The translations under genes and the position numbers were made by a program. From assembly GCF_006345805.1 (NCBI RefSeq), contig NC_043002.1, forward strand, positions 27,094,001-27,158,000: a DNA stretch of 64,000 nucleotides, read 5' to 3'. The notes beneath the pieces are model-generated. The model was not told the origin of the DNA and ran no database searches. It saw only the letters and a program-made list of their open reading frames with translations. Position 1 is the stretch's first letter. Each line of letters opens with the position of its first letter. Origin of the DNA: Octopus sinensis. Its lineage: Eukaryota. Below, piece by piece: positions 52,870 through 64,000 of the stretch.

Positions 52870-55540
52870 CTCTTCCATGATGATCACGATTTAAAGCATC
52901 ATGAACACAATAACAACTGGACTTTGTGTCCGTGGAAAAATTCTATTAATAGCACCATCGGCGGTGTTGGTTTATTATTCAACCTGCGTACCCTGAAATC
53001 ACTAAACAGCATTGAGTGGATAACGTCTTGAATAATAGTTGCCAATTTCAACGGTAACCCTTCTACTACTGCCACGTGCAGCAACAGCCCAAAAAACGTC
53101 AGCGATGAACTAGAGGTCATAAATTTTTACAATGATTTATCGTCTCTTGTGCGATCTATACCAAAACACATCCTCATCAAGACGATGATATGAATGCACA
53201 ATACGGCCATGACAATCCCCATCATAAGAACGCATTCCATTAAACCTCAAACCGAAATGGAGTACACTTGGAGCACGTCTTGGTACAAAACAAACTTCAA
53301 TGCCTGAACACTCATTTTCAGAAGAGACCGAGAAAGAAGTGGACCCATACTTCCCCAAATGGATTCAAAGTTCAACAAACCATCTTATCATGAACAAAAT
53401 GTGGATTAACAGCTGCCACAACTGCGAAGCATACAATTTCTTTAGTGCATCACCTGACCATCCAGTGGTAACGTCTAAACTTCAGTTAAGCCTCCAAGCA
53501 AATAAGATAAAAGAAACCTCAAGACCACCCTACAACTGGGCTATTCTGACATACAACAAGAAAGTCCGAAATGATTTCACTATCAAACTCAACATGTAAA
53601 CGAAAATCACACACCAAACAGAACATCTCTCAACTGCATCCAAGCTCATTGTGAGACTGATGAAAGATGTATCTCTTTGAGACCAAAACTGAAACAAAGA
53701 GTCCCCTGGAAAAGCGATACATTGCTCGCAAAAAGAATTACCTTGACGAAAATAACCAAACAACATATCAGGAGCCCTACGATAAGAAACTTAAGGCGCA
53801 GAAAGAACTTAATGTATTATATCAGAATGAATGTATTATATCAAAAATACATTCAAAGCCAAATCGACAAAACCAAAAACGCAGCAGACAACAAACAATC
53901 CTCCTTGGTCTGGTGAGAGTAAATGAAGTGAGTGGTCGGAAGAAATCCTTCAAAACGAAATTGAAAGCGTCTAACTTACATGAGAGCCTGAGTAAGTGGA
54001 AAGATCATTTTCAAAACTTTCTATGGAAATTTCTGAATACATCTAACCAGTGGAACCATTGAATTGTTAGAGAGGTCCTGGATATCAAACAGGGACCTTT
54101 CTCAATAGAAGAGCTTGAGTCGTACTGTGGAAGACCGGAAACCGAAAGGCTGCATGACTGGGTGACATCCCTCCTGAAGTCTACAAAACTGTCAATTTCA
54201 ATGACATTATTCTCAAATCTTGCATCTCAGTATATCATCAAAGCGAGATAAAAGTTGCAACAGAAGGATGTGTTCTACCTTTACCCCAAAAAAGGTTATC
54301 TAATCCTTGCAATAAACTACAGAGGAATTATTAACACCAATTTCAGCGAAGACTTACAATGCATTGCTACTCAATCGAATCCAACATCTATTTCAAGGAG
54401 TTCTTGGGAAAATATTCAAAATGGATTCAAGAAGAACCGCTATACATCTGGTGAAATTCTTACAGTTAGGACGATGTTAGAAGGAGTACGAGACAAAAGT
54501 CTTAATGTAGTTTTGCTCTTTATTGATTTCTCCAGGGCCTTTGACTCTGTACACAGAGATAAGATAGCAGAAATCCTTAGGATATATGGAATCCCTGATG
54601 AAACAATAGAGGCAGTAATGATGCTGTATAGAAACATCCGAGTCAAAGTGCGGTCACTAGATGGAGATACTGGCTTCGATGTTTATGCAGGAGTATTGCA
54701 GGGTGACACACTTGTTCCTTACTTGTTTATCCTGTGTCCCGATGACGTATTGTGTACCTCAATAGGTCAATAAAATGATCTGGGTTTCACTCTACAGAAG
54801 TCTGGAAGCAGAAGATATCCGGCCTCCTACTTGACTGATGCTGATTATGCTGATGATATAGAGTTTATCGCAGACAACACGAAAGATGCTGAACGTTTAC
54901 TCTATCACCTGGAAAATGTTACTGCTAACATAGGACTATATGTGAATGAAAAGAAGGCAGAATTTTTCACCCTAACACAACAGGACCATAAAACAGAATC
55001 CCTAGAAAATTGTCAACGAGTTTACTTATCTAGGCAGCCTTATCGTGTCCACGGAAAAAGATATTAAATCTCCCGATGCTATAGTTTGGGCAGCTATAGA
55101 CGGTCTTAGAACAGATAGTTTGAAGAGACAGTTCTTCAGAGCAGTTGCTGAATCTGTGCCTGTATATGGACTTCCGACTTGGACTCTCACCAAGAGACTC
55201 AGGTGCATGCTGGACGGCGCCTACACTAGAATGTTACGTGCAGTGTTCAACATCTCTTGAAAGAAGCACCTAACAAAACAACGGCTATAGGGGAATGTAT
55301 CAACTTTCTCATCAACCATCCAAGGACGGAGATTGAGTATTGCTGGTCACCACTGGAGAAGTAAAGAACTTGTGAGTAATGCGTTGCAGTGGACACCAAA
55401 CCATGATACCACATTGGCTGGAGGACGTTGCAGAAGATGTTGGATGCCAAGATGAAGACCTAAAAGCAATAGTGGATGATCGGGGGGTGGGGGGGTAGCC
55501 AGGGTGGCCCGGGCAATCGGTCTGAGTGGATGATGTCTAG
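52870..55540 (+). mobile_element. Decayed RTE-like LINE (APE + RT)
   Basis: APE-like FYNDLSSLVRSIPKH...DMNAQ. RT motifs FIDFSRAFDSVHRDKI, GVLQGDTLVPYLFIL and DYADDI. C-terminal LDGAYTRMLRAVFNIS and a short (GAT)n end near 55530. Confidence 0.85.
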
Positions 55541-55645
55541 ATAAAAGAAACTGCTAGAAATAGGAGACAGACTTTCCTAAATACATTCGTTAACATCAAT
55601 AGTAGAGGATGGGATAAAACATTCAGTAACTGAATAATATAAAGT

Positions 55646-55732
55646 GTTCACTGAAGATCCATTGCGGGTCACCATCTATATGCATTTAGAATGTCTATCG
55701 TAGGGCCATAATAGTGAAACGCGCGTAGAAAC
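55646..55732 (+). ncRNA. Decayed hammerhead motif
   Basis: CTGAAGA (55651)...GAA-ACGCGCGT-A (55716-55727), with a perfect palindromic stem III and a GUA triplet. Stems I and II are eroded. Confidence 0.45.
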
Positions 55733-56079
55733 TAATAACGCTAAAACGTGATTATAGTTAACTTTTCCAACTGTTGTTCTGAAGCTCAGGTATGGTAATA
55801 CTACTTAGTATAATAGTTAATTAACAACAATGCAGCAAGCAGCCTAGATTATGAAAATCTACCTGGCAATGCAAACATCAAAGTAGTAGTCGTACATCTA
55901 TTGTACATATAAAGAATGAAAACGTTCGATAATATATTCTATTAATTTTCTGACTAAAAATAAGGCAAATCCGCCAAGGATGGAAAGCATATATTCATTG
56001 ATCTAGTCAGTTACAGCTAGTCTTACCTAATGACTTTCCTGATAGTGTCTAATGTCTTTCCTAATATTCTTTCCTAATA

Positions 56080-56600
56080 ATTTTGTATCCATAGCAAAAA
56101 CGTTCTTATCCAGTGCTAGAAAACACTTAAGCGTTGAAAAACTGATTACGATCTACAAAGAACAGGTGAGGTTCACGATTAAATGATATAGCCATATTTG
56201 TATGGTGAACCTGATACACCAAAATTATTATAGTGTGCCTTTAATTGAAAACCACTCTTGTGATTGGAACAATTTAATTACTCCCAAACAATCTATATTA
56301 TATCCAATCTATATTCTATCTATATTGCAGTTTTAAACCGTTTATATAGATTCTTAGCGGACTTCTCTTCTGCGAATGACCTCGTTACACACCAAATCAG
56401 CACAAGGTCATCTGTGACGTATGTTGCTTTTCCTCGTGTTACTTATTATGTCCTCATCTCTTCTTGACACTGCACTAATCAAATCTTTCGGTATTCACTT
56501 CTTAGAAGGCCACTACACCAGAATTCACCTAAATGTGTCATTAGAGATTATATTCACATGTATTTAAGTTTCTAAGCTATAGAAACAGTTCCTTTACAAT
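56080..56600 (+). mobile_element. Possible highly decayed LINE 3' fragment
   Basis: IYKEQVR...YSHI near 56150 resembles the LYKAQIRP.MEY.SH motif. No other clear support. Confidence 0.3.
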
Positions 56601-57769
56601 GTTCTATTCTAAAATATTTATTTAGTTATTATTACTTCGATACTCCCAGTTATCCTTGATCAAGTAGATATATAATTAAATGCCTTTTAGATATGGCCAT
56701 CTCGTATTTAGGAACATTTTGACTTACATTACCCCGTATGTATGTGCCTTTTTTCTTTTCCTTCAGATGGCTGTGCTATTATGAGGGAAGACAAATTGAT
56801 GAAATCTCGGTTATTGACAAATGTATGTCTTCTTTTTAAATATTTGCTTTGTCTGGCACTCACCAGAATTTACCCATAGTTATTCCTCAGTTACATACAC
56901 AACACCCCTCAGTCATGCACATTCTTAGTCATGCACATTCTTAGAACTGTGTTGAGGTTACCATATACGTGGAATACGCAACCACTTGCACGTTATTCAT
57001 GGAACAATATATTCAGTTGTTTGAACAAGTGAATCTACATCAAAGAATAACGGAGATCCACTATAATCCATTTAATCGATCTAAGTGAGTGACCGGTACT
57101 TCCTTCACTGGCCGTCTATTGAATGAATTAGAAAGTATCGTCGGTAAGATTTCAGCTCGGAATGTAATAATATGTAAGACAATAAGGTGTAGTATTATGT
57201 CTGCCGCTCTCCTGATTCGGCCAAAGGGAGATTTTGATAAATAAAGTATTAGAAGCAAAATAGCTGCATCCATACAGCATTTCTTTCGACAATTAGATTC
57301 TATGTGCCAAGTCACCAATTCGACGGAAATATTAATCAAACGAGACAGAAAACCTTAGAAACCATTAGCAATATTAACAATATATGGCATTCAGGCGAAT
57401 CTGACACCGTTAAGTATGCCATAGCAGCTAAATTAATAAATGCATGTAGTGGTATTGAAACGAAGACAGTGTTAACGTAAGTGCAGTACACAATATTCTT
57501 ACTGGTGGAATATTCTCATTAGTGAAATTTTTAGCGAAATAGCAGCTGTTCGTTCATTCTTAATGAAACCTTACAATACGTTATTATTGCATATTATAAG
57601 CATCAACATTTACCAGCAAGTAACTAAGAATAGATTGTTACTAATAGGATTTTAGCATTTAGCTTTGAGAATAAATTTGAAATAAATAATATTGACTGAT
57701 GTATTTGATAATAAAAAGACGAAACGAATAAAACATTGCAATTGAATGATTGCAACAGATGAATATTGA

Positions 57770-58180
57770 ACAATACTAAGTTGATTTGGCATTCGATTTA
57801 TATAAGATGGAAAAATATTCCAAATGCACTATACTGGATTTCCCATTAAGATGTAAGCTAAATTCCTGTATGTGCACGCTGAAACAATTGTGGGAATACC
57901 ATGGTAACGAACTAAGTAGAAAACCTTTTTTTGGAGAATGGCAGAATGCATCCTTCTGAGATGAACGATTTGAGAATAATGTCATTGAAATTGCTAGTTT
58001 TCCAGACTTCAGGAGGGATGTTATTCAATCCTGCAGCCTTTCGGTTTTGGTCTACCTCAGTACGACTCAAGCTGTTCCATTGAGAAAGGTCCCTGCTTGA
58101 TATCCAGGACCTCCCTGTTATCCATAACGCAAATATCTCACTGACAATATTCTCAGACCATAACATGATAGAATTGATAA
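57770..58180 (-). mobile_element. Inverted internal fragment of the same RTE family as 52870-55540
   Basis: Reverse-complement similarity to about 54040-54400 (GTCCTGGATATCAA.CAGGGACCTTTCTCAAT, CGAAAGGCTGCA, CATCCCTCCTGAAGTCT). Confidence 0.75.
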
Positions 58181-58229
58181 TGTATGGCCCGGAATTAACT
58201 AAAGATAAACTCCACGTAGATGGCGCTCA

Positions 58230-60180
58230 ATCCCTATCCAGCCTAAACTTCAATACGTTTGAGAGTTTGACTTGCATAAGTGCCTCTCTATGCAAGGCAT
58301 AGATATGAAACGCAATAAATTCATTTCAATAATGCGAGTTATATGTATTAAATATGTCCCAGAAAAGGGAGCCAATACACACAAAATCATCATTCCCCGA
58401 AACAGGAGAATACTCATGCAGCGGAGAAGAAAGATCTCGAATCGTTTAAACAAACACCTTAATGACAGTGTGAAATCCCACCTGACAGAGGAACTCCTCG
58501 AGATAGAAAGCAAATTCAAAATCTCCCATGAAAAAAAAGAGAAGAAAAAGAAACCTGGGCAGTAGAAAATAGAAAAAGAAACAGTAAAGCCTTGGCAAAG
58601 GAATCTGCCTCAGTATGCTATAAGATACGTAGACTATTTGGTAAAAACGGCTCACTTATCAGAGACCCGGGGAAAATAAATGAAGCACTAAATAAACAAT
58701 AACAAAGTGTTCTCACTTCTCGGGAAAATATGCAAATTAACAAGCCGAAGGAGTAATGAATCTATTCGGAAAAGAGGCAACCATTGATTACATCAATATA
58801 ACAGAAGAGGATGTAATATCGGTCATTGATGAGATGAGATCAAACTCAGCAACACGCGCAGGTGGATTACCGGCTGTTCTCTTAAAGACATTTTAAAAGG
58901 CTCTTAGAAAGCCCATGCAGATTCTCTTTCAGAGTTTCATTGCATGTGGTAAAATTCCCAACATACTAAAAGAGGATGTAATATACTCTGTCCATAAAGG
59001 ATGGAGCAGAGCCGATGCTACAAATTACAGGCCTGTCTCTCTGACCTCACATGTTAGCAAGAGCATAGAAAGCATTCGTCAGAAAAGGGCTGATCACATT
59101 CCTAGAAGAATACAACCATCTCACTGAAGCAACAGCTAAACCAGTCAGCTTAGCCAAGGCCTTCGACAATTGTTAATCATGGCATCATTTGTCATAAGCT
59201 GGGAAAGTCGCTGCATGATTTTCTGAAAGTCAGGAGTCAGACAGTTGTAGCCATTCTGAAGAGACATCAATTCGCAGAGAGTCTCAGAGAAAGCTGTATT
59301 GGAGCCAATACTCTTTGTGGTGGCCCCCTCAGCCAATCTGACCAGTTATGCCGACGACACAAAAGTATCGCAGGCATTCAGGAACCCAGAGGGCATCATA
59401 AAACTGCAGAAAGACCTGAACGAAATCTAGAAATGGGCTAACAAAAACAACATGGTTTTCCATGCCCTTAAATTGCAAGCACCCCAATATCGGTCCAACA
59501 CCAGGCTAAAATAAGAATACACTGGACCAGAAGGTAATACGATCCCAGAGCCAGAGTTGGTGCGTGACCTGGGAGTTCACATGAGCAAAGATGCAACATT
59601 CCATCTGCATATTACCAAGATAGCAACACTGTGCAAGCGAGTGGCTGGATGGATTCTGAAAACATTCAGATCCAGGGAAAGGGAAGCCCTGCTACTCTTG
59701 TGGCTGTGGAAGACTTTGATTCTCAGCTGCTTAGACTACTACTCCCAACTATGGTCCCTAGAAAGTGTGAAACAAACTGTGGAACTCGAAACAATCTAGC
59801 GCCAATACACATCGATGCAAAAGATGGGCTACTGGAGAGAAGACGAGAGACATATGCGGTGATATATATTTGGAAGATCTTGGAGGGTTTAGCTACCAAT
59901 TTCGAACTGACTGCTATACAAATCCTCGAACTGGAGGGCACTGCATCATACCAAATAGCCCGTCTCCCATCTAAAATAAGGACACAGTATTGCAATAGTC
60001 TGGGTTTCAAGGGTTCGCAGTTTTTCAACATCCTTCCAGGAAACCTAAGACATCTACATGGTGCTGATGGGGAAGTTTTGAAGGAACGTCTAGACAGGTT
60101 TCTATCTGAGATACCAGATGAACCCACATCGGGGCAGGAGACAAAAAGAAGAGCAGCTCGTTCAACTCGCTACTTCACCA
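58230..60180 (+). mobile_element. Decayed CR1-like LINE
   Basis: NYRPVSLTSHV, SYADDTK, VRDLGVHM, WILKTFRSRE, ERRRETYAVIYIWKILEGL and LDRFLSEIPDEP. Related to the 41451 and 49752 copies but much more diverged. Confidence 0.85.
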
Positions 60181-60240
60181 AAAACAATATCGGAAACAAC
60201 ACAGAAACCGGTAAAAATATATACGTGTATATTTATATAC

Positions 60241-60336
<96 letters not shown>

Positions 60337-62467
60337 TGTGTGTGTGTGTTTGTATGTACGCAAGTTTGTTTGTATACATAACAATTTCATATTTCTTAAT
60401 TGCCCTGTATATTTACAAAGGATCATTTCACATTGGGCCTTAAACATTCTAATACTATAATAACAATAATATAGTATTACAGCGATATAAACTAGTTTAT
60501 GAATATTGTAATTTTCCTTACAAAATTAGATTTTATTGAGAAGGAAGTGCTCTCAAAGCTGACGTTACATTGTCATTGCCTGAGTGAAGACAACATTTGA
60601 TATCGCGATATGTTCCGTTTTGATGTCATTGTTAAAATATTTGGCAGCTCACAAGTCAGAGTCAATGTTATTCACTGTAATCTAATGAGGTCAGCTATGA
60701 AAGTGAATATATATTCAAGCATTCACAGTGTAATGATTACATTGCACAATGGATGCTTAAATACCAACTTGGTTACATTTTAGAATTTATTGAGTACTCA
60801 AGTGACACAGAAAGATATCTCCAGATGTTCTCCTCCTCAAATATAGAATATGTTTGCCCTGTATTCATAGCTTAACGATATCATTTACTCTATTTTACAA
60901 TTTCAAATGCGTAAACCAGGATCGGTTTTATTTTTCATCCTTTCAGAGTGGCTAAAACCAATTTGTATGGATGATAAAGATCTAATACATCAACGTTTTC
61001 CTCTTCTGAAATCTCTTGTCTTATGTTTATATAAATAGTTGTATCCTCTAAATTTGATGGAAATACCAGCCAAATTTCTTTAAAGTCTTACCCTACATTT
61101 TTATTTAAATGAAGAGAACATTGGACAATTCAGTGCTTTCACTATTTTTTACGGGTCTCAGTAGTCCTGATCAGATATAGACACACTTTCGTCCCTTCAC
61201 TCTTTACCTATCGGAACATCGAGGATATGAGAAAACATTGCTCCAGTATTCGTCTGTTTCATAATTACAGCTCAAAATAGACGGGAACAAAAAAGAAATG
61301 TATTGATTTCATTATAGTCTCAAGTGACTACCTTAAAATTGATCAACGAACTTATTACCCGGAGTCGAAGATTAAGCCACACGCTTCCATGTCTCAGGAA
61401 GTATGAAACATTATTAAAAACGACTAATTGAAAGATATGCTAGAAATATGTGGATCTCCTAAATCTAATAAATTCGTTTCAATGCTATATTTCCCAGTAC
61501 CGTGTACCTGTCAAAGGCTTCTAGAGACATGACGTTCTAATAATTGTTGTAATGATATCAAATTGGAAAAGATGACTTTCTTATGAAGCACTAACAATTC
61601 AATTTCAAAACTAAAAAGCTGATTTATGTTTGTGATGAAGATTAGAAAGCTTACGAGCATGAGGTAAACAATAAGAAATTGATCTATAGTTTAATAGTAA
61701 GACATTGATAAGTATTTGTGTTTGTTACTCAAGGTATTTTTTCTTATTTTGCTTATTGTATATCAGACATAATGTTTCGAAACATGTCAGATACTTAGGT
61801 TATATATATATATATACATACATATATACACAAAATCACACGCACTTACAAGCTTGCATACATATCCAAGCGCATATATATATGCATATGCATGTGTGCG
61901 TGTATGTAAGTATTTATCTATACATGCTAGCTCATAGATGCAAAACAGCATCGAGAAAATAGCGCTTGAATACCAAAAGTACAGTAATTTATTATTGAAG
62001 CTAGAAAAGACTTCCTAAATTATTAAGCAGAGTTTCACATATTTGATCATCGGGCATCTGTGAATATTCTCAAGAAACCCTATATATGTATGTACGGATG
62101 TCATTTATCAGTTATATTTCAAGATTTCTTATTAATAGAGAAAGGGCCAGCTTCTAACGTAGATTCAGGGTATTTTGTATGTATGTATGTATGTATGTAT
62201 GTATGTATGTATGTATGTATTTAATTTTTATGCTCTACAATGACTTGATTCCGAAACGTACGTCCGTAGGTAACTTAATATAGAATGATTTCCGTCATTT
62301 CTTTCTCTTTTGCCTACGTCGTTTGTTTTTTAAGTGCTTTGGTTTTACTGGGATTCCCCTTTTAAGTAGAAAGAATAGCCAAAACTTTTTGACTGCTATT
62401 TCTAAATTCGGTGTGTGGTGAGGCATATCGTTGCTGAACCCTTAAGTAATTAGTACATATATATATA

Positions 62468-62643
62468 TATAATTAAAATAAACAACAAGAATAACGTCGG
62501 TAATTTGGGACGATCGTTTCACGCTACATTATTTTATTAAATATTGTAACTGTTGTAATATTTACAATATTTAATAAAATGATGTAGCGTGAAACGATCG
62601 TACCAAATTACCGAAATTATTCTTGTTGCTTATTTTGATTATA
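62468..62643. repeat. Hairpin, about 82-bp arms with a 12-nt loop
   Basis: 62468-62549 is the reverse complement of 62562-62643 with several mismatches. The arms carry GAAACGATCGT(A/C). Confidence 0.9.
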
Positions 62644-63146
62644 ATCACCACATGGATTTATATGGATAACACCGGTATTTCGACTGTGTGTGTCACAAAT
62701 CCGTATGTATGTATTATATATGTACTTATGTATGTATGTATGTATGTATGCATGTATGTATACATGTATGTATAGTCAAACTAAGTTCTACAGGGAAGCT
62801 ATTTGTGGTAACAAGCAATTCAATGAGATATAGTGCGCAATCTCTGCAACCACAGTAAGGCATTACTGAGGTGGTTGATTTACACTATGTAAAAACCTAT
62901 GGTGGGTGGGGGGGGGTAAAATCTCACTACTTACCTCCCAAAATAAGGAAATAAGGGCCTAGATACATATAATACAGTTCAAGGAAAAAATTCTATTCCT
63001 CAAGCTACCAGGACTTGAAGAATAGAGGTGAGAATTATATAAGAGAAATATATAATAATACATTTATAATAATAAAGGGTAAAAATTATTAATGATTTTC
63101 ACCAGGTGGTCAGCGTCGAAATAAAAACCTCATAAGTAAAATTTAC

Positions 63147-63569
63147 AAATATTTTATAATTATATACATAATTATAACAAGGGCTTGACTTGCGCCTCAC
63201 CACGCACTGAAAAAATAGACGTCAAATGACACTATTACTACCATAAATTCCCCGAGAATAACACACCACATAATAGGCTAGCAAAAGAAAAGAAAATGAA
63301 TTAAAATTTTCGGTTAACCGCGTACAAGATCCTGTTTCCAGCTTAAAGTAAAAAAAATATTACCTATTGCTTTCAACTGGAAACAAGGTCTTGTACGCTG
63401 TTAACCGAAATTTTTAATTAATTTTTTTTCTTTTGCTAGCCCATTATGTGGTGTGCAATTTTCGGAGAATTTATGATGGTAATAGTGTCTTTTGACGTCT
63501 ATTTTTCAGTGCGTGGTGGGGAGCAGGCCAATCACTTGTTATAATTATGTATATAATTATAAAATATTT
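63147..63569. repeat. Hairpin, about 195-bp arms with a 35-nt spacer
   Basis: 63147-63341 is the reverse complement of 63377-63569, with more substitutions and indels than the other hairpins. Confidence 0.9.
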
Positions 63570-64000
63570 ATAATCATACACTTATATAATTGTAATTATA
63601 TAAAAGCGAAAGTGCGAGAGGAGGACTGAAATAATGAAAGGGAAAGAAAGGAAACTGTAGATACGTCAAATACTATGAAAATATAACGTACGATGTAAAA
63701 TAATGGCGTGGATTTTAGAACTATAAGCTGGATAAAGTATAGTATGAGAAAAAGTGAATGAAAAAAAGCGCGTGTGGATTAACCCAATAGAAGCGGCAGG
63801 TTTCAAGAACGGATGTAAAATGAGAAAACATAGAAAAGGGAAAGAAAAAGAAGGCAAGAGAAAATGAAGAAATATTTAGATAGCAAGAAGAGAGAAACAA
63901 TGTACTCAAGAGAATGTGAGACGAAATGGAGAAAGGATTAACGTATAAAGACAATTTGACATGGAACACCGCTCGTTAGCTATGGGAACCGGAATCAGCG

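Noticed and set aside
59631-60443. 270-aa ORF
   Set aside because: It is a frameshifted LINE C-terminus running into a microsatellite, not a separate gene.

Overview
AT-rich, microsatellite-dense animal DNA. The SINE-like repeats, LINE mix and (TA)n density suggest a mollusc, probably an octopus (inference, not verified). There is one recognisable host gene: a single-exon class A peptide GPCR of the myosuppressin/sex-peptide-receptor-like group (minus strand, 39424-40578). The rest is retroelement-derived. It includes one 5'-truncated CR1-like LINE with an uninterrupted 821-codon ORF, two near-identical CR1-like 3' fragments inserted in (TA)n, and decayed R4/Dong-like, RTE-like, Tx1/L1-like and Penelope-like (PLE) elements, a mariner remnant and several tRNA-type SINEs. 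The ORF track misses the most striking signal, which is a set of sequence-unrelated type I hammerhead ribozyme (HHR) motifs. Two have fully canonical cores (9759-9863 and 51079-51151, both minus). One is a U3:A8 covariant core present twice in inverted orientation (26669-26706 and 26944-26981). Two are one substitution from canonical (42858-42912, 44830-44925) and three are decayed. Most lie inside or beside long fold-back inverted repeats (70-214 bp arms) anchored on (TA)n tracts, several of which share a CTAGAAATA(A/G)CAG-like motif. This suggests PLE-derived, non-coding fold-back ribozyme cassettes. Some fold-backs, especially those centred on (TA)n, could be assembly artefacts. Everything was read by eye: no folding, alignment or database search was run.
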